Shown piece by piece: positions 47,946 to 57,790 of a stretch of DNA of 64,000 bases. The stretch's first letter is position 1. The number at the start of each line of letters is the position of its first letter. Origin of the DNA: Takakia lepidozioides. Taxonomy: Eukaryota > Plantae > Bryophyta. Both the position numbers and the translations under genes were made by a program. The DNA is taken from contig CM060734.1 of the NCBI GenBank assembly GCA_030704615.1, positions 16,306,001 through 16,370,000 of the forward strand. Reading direction: 5' to 3'. The notes under the pieces were generated by a model. That model saw only the letters and a program-made list of their open reading frames with translations. It ran no database searches and was not told where the DNA came from.

Positions 47946-50900
47946 GAGCTGTGTGGGCCTGTGCTGGTCTGTGGTGGCCCGTGTTGACCTGTGGACGGCC
48001 TATGCTAACTCGTGGAGGCACTGGTGGACTGCCTAAGGACTGGCATGTGGTCTTGAAGGCCGAATTTCGAAGCTCGTGGAGGGCGGTTTGAGGAGTATCT
48101 TCATGATATTCCCATGGTCATGCAAGTGAGGGAAGAGAGGAGAGGAAGAGTGTTGGGATGAGGGCATGCTGGGGTTAGGCATTGCTTTAGCTTCTCTTCC
48201 TTGTAGTTTCCACCCTCTCATTAGGCCAAGACCTTTCCGTAGGTGGAGGCAAGAGTCAATCCGGGTTTGGGCTGGGGTGTCCTTGCAGGAGCAACACCGT
48301 GGAGTTGTTTTTGGTGTGGGGGAGTTGTCGTTCTGATTTCTTGTGTTTGGATCCCCTCCATACCTGCATGCTTGACTGTGCGCCATGCTAGTTTTGTGTG
48401 GGCGCTTGTTTTTATAGGTGATTGGTCCGGATTTGATCACCAGCCAGTCCTAGAGCATGCTGTCGATGGTGAGGCTGGGGTGATGACCAGCCATACCATC
48501 ATTGTTTCTCCTGTGGTGAGGTTGGAGGTGATGACTAGCCAACCATAGGAGTGCTTGCGGTGGATGCAGGTACAGCTGTAGGCTATGTTAGGAACTTAGT
48601 ATTCCAAACCATAAGCCGCAACAGGTTCTCTACCCGGTTACCTTGTGGAGAGGGGGTTAGGGACATGTTCATGACCGATTGAGTGTCAACACGGAGGTGC
48701 CACTAGTTGTTGGGGACAGTGCCGGTTCGAGCACTAGCGATACTAGTGGGTACACGAGACGAGGTGTGCGGTTTAGGCCACCTTCACCTCCTGTGTCTTC
48801 TACGGAAGGTTCTGATTCGGATTGTGAATCAGGAGGACTCATACCGGCGGTGCAAGTTGTTTCTTTGCCATTGTTGTGGGACACAATGGAGGAGATGTAT
48901 GGAGCTACCAAGGGGCCACGAAGGTACTCTGGGGCGGTGGGCACCATCGAGTTGGATGACTTTATCCAAGAGTTTGATAGTTGGTGTGATTTGCAGCAAA
49001 TGCGCAATCCACAACTATTTACGCCTTTCATGGCATGGAAGGGGCTGTTTCAGCACCTTGAGGGGCTGCCTATGGATGATTACCATGAGTTCAGGCGGGG
49101 GCATGAGGTTGAGATCGAGGAGTGGAGGATGTACTGGTCACCCGACTATGTCTCCATCACTAGGGGCACTAGAGCCACGAGGGCAGTGGCTACACCTGCC
49201 GCTGCACCGGCAGCTTCAGCAAGTAGCAGTGGGACTGGTGGTACAGTAGCTACGACATCCACCCAAGCCACTACCGCACCAGCACTAGCACCCGTGCCTG
49301 CCTTCAACCCTGTTGTGGAGTTCTTCGAAGAGTTGAGAGGGAACTACCAAGGGGTGAGGACAGAGAAGTTGCGGAGCTTGCAAGAGTTCCAACGGAAGCC
49401 GACCGAGAGCTTGAGGGAGGCTTTCACTCGCATGAGGCGCTTGATAAATGTAACCCAAGAGGTTACGGAAGCTCAGGCAGTCCAATTCTGGTATGGGATA
49501 TTGGACAAGGAGCTGAGGAGAAGGGTGCGGGATGCAACTCTCCTACAAGCGGCCCAACCCACCTTAGCAAATGTGTTTTTGTTGGCAGAGCGGATAGAGC
49601 TCAACATGGTGGAGGAACAAGTGGTCACGGTGGGATTTGCTAAGGAGACACCACGGGGTAGTGGTGCTCCTAGCCAACCACTACCTCAACGTGCTCAAGG
49701 CAACAAGGGGGCTCAGATGAAGCTCAGGGAAGGGCAGAGAGGACCTCAGATGCAGGGGTCTCTCCCTTCATTTGCTGGCCAACAACGGGCGGATGTGGTG
49801 TGCTGGACATGTGGAGGACCCCATGTCAAGAAGGATTGCCCAGAGGGAGACAAAGGGCCGGCACATGCACAGCCTGCACAGTTGCAGTGTGGGCATTGTG
49901 GCAAGCACGGGCATGGAGAGGCCCAGTGTTATGGTTTGCATCCTGAGTTGCACCCAGGCCAGTTCCAAGGGAATAATGGTGGCCGGGGGCGAGGTGGAGC
50001 AGCCCAGAGAGGACGGTGGCCAGCCACAAGGTGCAGGCCAAGGGCAAGCTCAACATGGCCAAGGACGCGGAGGTCAAGGTGTTGACCAAGGCATGGCCAA
50101 CCGGCTTCAGCAGCTAGAGCAGAGGCTCGCTGCCATGGCTACAGCTCAGGTGGTACCGGCTCTAAGGCCGGATGGTCCACCTCCTGCTCCTGAGGGAGGA
50201 GATATGGGAGGCATGGGATTCATGTGTGGAGCAGCACTACCACTAGTGCAGGTGGAGTCTGCTGCAGCCGTGACTCGAGGAGCAGCACGAGTTCCTGAGC
50301 CACGAGGTGCAGAGGTGGAGTTGGATCCACAGCGTGGGGAGGCAAGCCGTTAGGCTAGGCTTCCTCAGTCATTCACATTGGCGGAGACAGTGTCGACGCC
50401 ATCTATAGCACCTAGTTCTCGCCCGACTGTTACCGAGGCGGAGGTTACTATGCCATTGGGGAGAGCTACACGGGTAGCACCACTACCTAGTGTCGCCAAG
50501 GCTACGACAGCTAGTGTGCTGCTAGGAGCGACCACATCTGTGTGTCAGGCTCCATTGTTCTCGGCTACCATGATTGCGATGCCGGGGGTAAGACCAGCTG
50601 AGGTGTTCAGGCTGGCAGCTACACTCTGTGAGAGTGGGGAGGTTACTTCATCTTCTGCGGAGATACTGGGAGGTGTAGTGCCGGAGGGATCCTCGGATTT
50701 GAGGGTCAAGACTGCCACGGCGGTGCCATGGCAAGCTGCAGCTGCCAGGTTGATGGAGCTGCCAGCTAGGCCAGCCATTGAGCGCGCCATGGTGACACCT
50801 GGAGTTGTCATGTTAGACAACCAGGATGGCATTTTCTGTTTAAGTGGACTGGCAGGCAAGAGGTACCGGCCACTGCGGGTCTTGTTGGACTCGGGAGCTC

Positions 50901-51549
50901 AGCCACTAATGCTGGGCAGAGCTGCTATTGCAGGCTTGGGCCTCACGGAGGCGGATATGGAGCCTTGTCCTTTCCAGATACAAACGTCTCTGGGAGGATC
51001 GGAGCAAGCTCGGGGCATGACACGGCGTGAGTTGGCTATCAGACTACGGCCGGATCACCCTACAGATGGCTCAGTGATGCGAGCCAAGGCCATTGTGACA
51101 GACGCGGTCTCATACGATGTCCTGGTTGGTGGGGCAGTGTTGTACCCCATGGGCTTCACCCTGGATTTTTGGGAGGAGTCAGCTTCCTATAGGCCTACAT
51201 GGCAATCAGGGGAGGGCCGGCGTGTGCAGCTCCCTGTGACGTTCATAGGAGGAGTTGCGGTTGCCCAGCGAGGCAAGATGCCGACACTAGCAGCATTCAT
51301 AGCGGCAGTGAGTTGGCCTAGAGAGTTGCTTGAGGGCAACGCTCATTCAGAGGATGTACCACCTCCGGGAGAGCAGGATGACATGTATGGTAAGGCGGAG
51401 TTGCCTACCATGGTTGCTCAGACTCCATTGTGGGGCACGAGCAAGGATTTGCAGCGGGATGCTGATCGACGGGTGCAACAAGCCTGGGTGGAGGCTTTTG
51501 TACCGTCAGGAGAGGAGGAGAGTGCGGGATTGCACCAGGACCACCTCAG

Positions 51550-52629
51550 TTGTCTCCATTGGACACCACACCTATTGTGTGGCAGTATCCGGATGAAGGC
51601 ATTTGTCTTCTGGACTTGTTTGGCGGGATCAGCACCGGATTGGCTGATGTGTTACAGGCAGGTGTACCAGTTTGGTGTTACCTGTATGTGGAGAGGGATG
51701 AGACTGCACGACGCGTTTCACTTCGCCATGTTGCTCAGTTGGTGCAGCGGTACCCTGAGTTGTTGTCGATGTCTGCAATTCGTGGATATCAGCAGGCTTT
51801 GCCAGCAGACATTTCGTGGCTGGGGGCGCAAGATTTGGAGTGGGTTGGCTCCATTGATCTGGTAGTGGCAGGTTGGCCCTACCAAGGGCATTCATCAGCC
51901 GGGCATGGCAATGGATTGCGAGACTCGAGGTCGGGTCTGTTTTGGGAAATGGTGCGGGTTTTGCCCCACTTGCAGCTTCATCAAGCTGTATCTCCAGCAT
52001 ACATCTTGGAGAATGTGCCACTGATGGGCGATTCTTGGGCCAGGGTGATGGCCAGTGTGCATCAAGTCCGATCGTGGCTTGGGTCAATAGTGTTGCTAGA
52101 TGCAGCTACAGTGGGGTCACGGGCTCATCGTCCACGGCTATGGTGGACTAACTTGATGCCACCCGCACTGCTCAAGCGTGCATTTGATGGGGTGCAGCGG
52201 CCAGCACATCTCACAGTGGATAACATTCTGGACACAGGGAGGCAGTCTCAGCGTGTGAGACACGATGACCGTTCGCCTTTGGCAGTGGTCAACAAGGTGG
52301 GTCAACCACAAGCAGCATTACCTACACTGCTCAGCTTCCCAGAATCGCATGCTTTCTGGGATAGTGGACCTGGCCTCCTGTGGGATGCTCAGTTGCAGCA
52401 GTTAGTGGAGCCTAATGCTGACGAGCGTGAGCGGGCAATGGGTTTTACCACTGGTACCACGGCGGTGTCGTCTCTTTCTGAGGCATCATGTCGTCAAGTG
52501 TTGGGGCAAGCAATGGATCTCAATTGCTTGACCTGGATTATCAGCTTGGCTCTGGCTGAGCAACGCAGAGTGCGGAGTACACTTCCCTCAATGGTCTCTC
52601 TGCCTACCGAGACGGTACAGGCAGTGAGT
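51550..52629 (+). pseudogene. C5-cytosine DNA methyltransferase domain (DNMT3-like) within the gypsy polyprotein; catalytic Cys replaced by Tyr
   Basis: Motif I LLDLFGGIS, II YVERD, III DI, IV DLVVAGWP(Y)QG (TAC at 51880-51882), V SGLF, VI YILENV, VIII AHRPRLWWTNL, IX ERERAMGF, X RQVLGQAM. Confidence 0.92.
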
Positions 52630-52663
52630 GGGGGGGGAGCTTACCGAAGTGAGGTGCGCGACA
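52630..52663 (+). repeat. Detached end of the chromovirus 3' LTR
   Basis: GGGGGGAGCTTACCGAAGTGAGGTGCGCGACA is the reverse complement of 42124-42155 (one mismatch). It is followed by GTGGC, the reverse complement of GCCAC at 42849. Confidence 0.9.
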
Positions 52664-53602
52664 GTGGCACACAGAAACACAGGATGGGGAAAGTTTGCAG
52701 AACCTGCACACAAAAATATTGGTCTTCGGAGGGGCAAGCTCTGGGGTGAAAGGATTTAGGGGCACACCTTCCCACTCACTTTCGTTTGGTTTAGCGCTGT
52801 TTCTCAAGCGAGGGCAAGAAATATTCACGCACTTGCAATGCCCAACGCAAACCGACCTTCAAAATTTCAATCCAATGTCGTTGTGGATGTTCGACGTTTT
52901 TGTCCTGCACCAAGGGTGTCCGTCATGTTTCTTGTCCATGCCCTACAGAAGCCCAGCTAGTCCACTGGAAGACGTGGGAGGGTTGAGCTCAAACAAGATG
53001 TCCCCATCAAACTCTGCTGGCACGTATTGAGCCCGCTGCACACGAAGGGACTCCCAATCAACAAAACGCAGCTCGCTCTTGCACCCAGGCACCCCTGTGA
53101 GGGCTCTCAATTTTGGAATGACACTCATTATCTCCTGCAATTCGTCATCATCCAAGAATGGAGTCTGCACTAGCGGAGGAATCTCAGGAACATCCTCCGA
53201 GGACGAGTCTGAAAGAGTCACGAATGTAGTGGATGTGCTCACCTCTTGTTTCACATAAACTGTGCCCTTCTGCTGCACGACCGATGCCGCAGTGCCAGGG
53301 GTAACTACTGATCCTGCTGATTGTCTTCTCTCTTTTCCAAGGACCCGGTATGTGCGTGGAAGGACTCTCCACTTCCTTCCACCCTCGCCAACCAATGGTT
53401 TCTCCAAGTGCCCAGAATCCAAATTCCCATCCTCGTCATACACCTCTTTTTGAACAAGCAGATAACCCAATTCCAGCGGGAACACTGTAACCAGCTCATC
53501 CTCATGAACAACTGCAAACCCATTGTCATCTGCAGTGGCAGTCAGTGGAAGACTACCTGCATTGGAAAGAAATCGAGCGAGTCTATCTCGCTCCCTGGAC
53601 AT
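52664..53602 (-). pseudogene. MULE-type transposase B, 5' part
   Basis: FDGDILFEL, GMDKKHDGHPWCRTKTSNI and CRFCKLSPSCVSVCH match transposase A. It ends exactly where 42849 resumes (CH|ARMY). Confidence 0.88.
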
Positions 53603-54956
53603 GTTTTCCTACACTGACCGAGAGTTGCGATTCACAACGGAATCCCCGAACCGATAGCCCGTAATTCTCGAAAGGGGATCCACCCCAAACAAACTGAGGT
53701 CAATAAGGGTAGCACTGACCCAAAGACTGCGGGCGATGCATGCAAAGGATGTAGGAATGACATGCACCAAACTTCGCAGACAGCCACACTGAGAGACACC
53801 AACCAGAAAAACTGTTTTATAAGACAAGAAGCCACAAGAAACCGTGCTGTATTTGGATGAAAAACAAACCCTAAACATGACATGAAACCATACATTATGG
53901 AAAGACGGCAACAACCCTGGAGAGCAGTAAACATGAAGACCTCGAATCTAATGAGGTTGTGTTGTGCCAGAAGAGCACAGCACAAACACTGACACTCCGG
54001 CAGACACCTCGCACGAATGTGTGCAACACATGACCATTGCCGACACAACCCTTTATACCGAATGACCCCATTGCGATGGTGACGGCGAAATGCAAACCGT
54101 AGGGTAGGCAGTACAACACACGTGGATGCATATGTGAAGCATAACAATTATTGCGAATTTGCAAGTACTGCTCGAAATTGAACTAGCATTAGATTTCTAC
54201 GGCACTTCCGAATTTGAAAGAATGCAAGAAGGCTGCCATGTATTGGCAGGCGACGAAGTACATCTGACATATATCACAAGTACATGCAACGGATCTACTT
54301 TTTTTCTACCACTTTATTTCTTGGATAATACAAAGACGCCGAAATGGATGAATTCCGTTCGCACACAATGATGACACCCGCATCCAAATACGGTTAACAA
54401 TGTCCAATTTTTATTTTGGTTACATGCCATAGCAACCTTTGTTGCAAACGTCAAACTGGAGAGCTCTAGAGGCAGCAAGGGGAGCCCTTGTTTCCACCGG
54501 AGGAGGAAGAGAAGGAAGTCGTTATACTTCACGAGCACTAGGGACAGGAATAGAGCCAGATATAGAATGAGGATGGAAATAGTAGACGAAGAGGAAAAAG
54601 AGGAAGAAGAGCGCAAAGAGGAAAGTCTGGCGATGGAAGAGCAGGAATCTGGAGAAGAACAACAGCCCACCATACTTCCAAGAACAGGTGAGGAGGAGAC
54701 TGCATCCGAGGGAGAGACGGACGCCGAAGATGATGTTGATGCTGGCCTCACGAAGAACCAGATAGTGGAAAAGCTCCTTATGGAGTGAGTGTGGTATGCA
54801 CTCACCCCGTAAGGGAGTGCATACCAGACCCCATCACATAAATGACCTCCCTCTTCTTTGTAGCTTTTACTTCTGGTTACAGAGGAACCATAGAAATAAA
54901 CATGCCTACAATCTCAACTCTCCAAGGTCAAAAAACAAAACAAGCCGTGACAAGCA

Positions 54957-55430
54957 AAGGTACATCAACACTTACATCAGAATGTAGAGTTTTACCTTTT
55001 AGCTACACATAAGCTCTGGTAATGGAAAGATGAGGCCAATGAAGGGACCTTAACTCCGAAATTCATGAAGCAACAAACAGGACAGAAACTTTTATCAACC
55101 CTTTAGTGTCTACCTAGCCCATGTTTTTGGGTACCACATGTGTACAAAACCAATGGGGACAGGTTTAGGTAATGAATTTTCTGCCATTGGCATGTCCCAC
55201 GTTGGCAAGTTGTGACAAACGAAGGTACATCAACACATGTACATAAAAATGTAGAGTTTTACCTTTTAGTTTGTATATAAGCTCTGGTGACCGGAAGAAG
55301 AGGCCAGTGAAAGAACCCTCAATTCCCAAGGTCATAAAGTAACAATCGGGAAAGAATCTTATATCAAACTTTTAGTGTTTACCCACCCCTTGTTTTGGGT
55401 AAAACATGTGTACAAAACCAAAGGGGGCAC
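54957..55430 (+). repeat. Diverged direct duplication, ~265-bp period
   Basis: aaggtacatcaacac..tgtagagttt(t)accttttag..catgtgtacaaaaccaa at 54957 and 55222. Confidence 0.8.
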
Positions 55431-55431
55431 T

Positions 55432-56030
55432 TGGTGGGCACTCATACTCCAGGAGTATGACTTTCAGGTGGTGCATCGACCCGGTCTAGTCAATCGGGAT
55501 GTGGATGGGTTGAGTCGCAATCCATGCACGAGCCAGCATGACGACACTGAAGCTCGGTGGCATAGTGAGACAGACGAGGAGATGGTGCCGGGATGGCACG
55601 TATCTGCATTTCTGTGTATCTTGGCAGCGGAAGGCCAGGTTGGACCTACAACAGGGATGACTGTAGACCGAGTGTCTGAGGATCCTGAGCCCAATCCCAT
55701 TATGGGTAAAGGATACAGCTGTGGTGTATGGGCGTTGAATGAAGCGCGCACCCTGTCACATACCATGCACCTAGCTACGAATTGTTGCACCTCTGTATGC
55801 ATACCACGCCACCAATACTGCCCTTGCGGTAGACTATGAGTGCGTCGCACCCCAAAATTCCCCAACTCCTTATGGGCATGCCGCTTTAACCGTGCCTGAT
55901 GTGTTGGGTGACGCACAATCCTCACTCGACCATTCTCTCACACTCGGAGCAGGTGTGTCCCCTCCCACTTGAACCTCTTGGCTCATTGCATGATCCGATC
56001 CATCTCCTTACCAGTCACAGTGGCTGTCGT
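55432..56030. mobile_element. Two opposed fragments of the DNMT-gypsy family (RNase H end, plus; integrase N-terminus, minus)
   Basis: WALILQEYDFQVVHRPG.. (55432-55690) and HKELGNFGVRRT..CMVC (55690-56030) match 35050-35740. Confidence 0.88.
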
Positions 56031-56997
56031 GTTGCTTTCTCAGATTGGCCAGTGTATGAAGGTAGGGAGAGAATCAAAGTGAAATGGGAGTTGGAGGAGC
56101 TTTCCGGTGCTGTATGGCTTTACGAGTGACCCATTATCCAAGGCTGTACAAGCACCCTTTTGGCAATGAGAATGGAGCAGCCTACAGTCTCGCACCAGCT
56201 TGTGCAGGCCCTTAATGTACTCTTTAACAAATTTGGCTGATTGGAAACTCAGAGTAGACAGTAGACCGTTCTCTCTCAGCTCTCTGCCATTTTTGTGTGG
56301 TGAGAGCCCACCACCAACTTGTGCCCAAATTGAAAAGGCCCTTTGGTGTACTCCTTCATGTACACCACAGGTCACTACAAAGCCCAGAAAGTAAGCCATG
56401 CTTAGCTCCCTTTCCCCGATCTCTTCTTTCTGTTTGTTGTGTGAGGGAGGAACCACCATTTGTCTCTCTTTGCACTTGGAGCTCCTAACATGAAGCATAT
56501 ATGATGTCCAAAGTAGTATAGTAGGATAGCTCAACTTTTTCTTCCAATCAGTGACCACATGTTGCTTATTAAGTCGCAATGCAAAGAGACTTTTCAATAC
56601 AAAATTGGTGCCCATGGCCAGTGTACATCTTTGGAGGGTGGACAGCCTGAGGCCTACACTTTGCTGTATCCAATCGACTTACTGAAGAGCCGATTCACCC
56701 TCAGAGAGCTGACTAAGTTGTCCCCCATCCGGTGAGAGGATGTGCTGCATGTGGCTATTTTTTGTGCAGCTAGCAGCTCAACAGCCTTCGGCCTGGCAGA
56801 TGGCGACCGGTTCACCTCCTCCAAAACGACCTCTTTTGCTGCGATTGTTGCCTCACGAGAGGTCCCGGGAGCGGATTTATGGTTATGTTTGCCGACATGC
56901 ACTGCAGCCCTCGTCATGGTCGGAGGTCCCGTCACGTAGTAGATCTTTGTAGGGCACCTGTCCATGCATGTTGGTGGATGTTTGCAGATTGCACACT

Positions 56998-57417
56998 GAC
57001 GACAAAAATACGCGCCACTCATCCTAGCTCTCCGCCAAAGAGGCTGGTCCACGGACCCGTTAACTGTCATCACCGCTGGCACTAGAGGTGGCATTCACAA
57101 TGCTAGTATTGCGGCACTCCGCACTAACTTTCGCATTCCCATCTCTCATATTCACAAATGCTTTAAAGCTATCCACCTCACGGCACTCCGATCTCTCACA
57201 ACTATTATCACCAACAAGCGGCAACTTGAATCTTCGCCTTCTAGGACTCTTGGGGTACCCAAGGGTACCTTTGATTCCTCATTCATCTCCCCACCTTGGC
57301 TACTTGGTGTCCCCAGGACACTAGATTTTTCATAGGGCCCACCTCCGAGAGGGGGCATTAGCCGCAAGGTGAAGTGGCTCTTAGTTACGCCGGTCTTAAG
57401 ACCAAAGTCTTCTCTCT
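56998..57417 (+). mobile_element. 3' fragment of a non-LTR retrotransposon with a restriction-like endonuclease C-terminus
   Basis: My translation RQKYAPLILALRQRGWSTDPLTVITAGTRGGIH..KAIHLTALRSLTTIITNKRQLE fits the KY..L....GW....I..G.RG pattern of RLE domains. It ends in the structured motif and a CT tail. Confidence 0.65.
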
Positions 57418-57790
57418 ACCTCAACGTATCACGATGATGTGCAATGGCAAGGTTCTCGAAAGCCATGGGCATGACTTTCTTGAACAACTCTGCGCACTGA
57501 TCACAGGCACGTGCCCACACGTCCGGATCGTCAAGGTTGAGGACTGGAGCAACCTCTCTATGAATGGCTACAGGCAAATCCGTCTTTGGGCCAAAGAGAA
57601 GGAAATATGGTGAGAAGGATGCAAGTGATGCTTGCTTGCTGAACTTGTAGCCCATGGCTAACCAAGGTAGCTGAAGGTCCCAATCTCCCAGGTGTCCCTT
57701 CTGCAAATCATACTTGTGCAAACCCCTCTTAACCGTCTGCACAACTCTCTCTGCCAAGCCATCGGCCTCAGGATGATCCCGAGAAGTGGT
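57418..57790 (-). mobile_element. Integrase fragment of the DNMT-gypsy family
   Basis: HTTSRDHPEADGLAER...FENLAIAHHRDTLR matches 34440-34805. Confidence 0.9.

Larger units (their letters stand above)
45685..52629 (+). mobile_element. 5' half of the Ty3/gypsy element: LTR-like/leader region, gag, protease, C5-DNA methyltransferase
   Basis: gag 48679-50085 with CWTCGGPHVKKDC and CGHCGKHGHGEAQC knuckles. Aspartic protease VLLDSGAQ (~50880). DNMT domain from ~51590. Confidence 0.88.
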
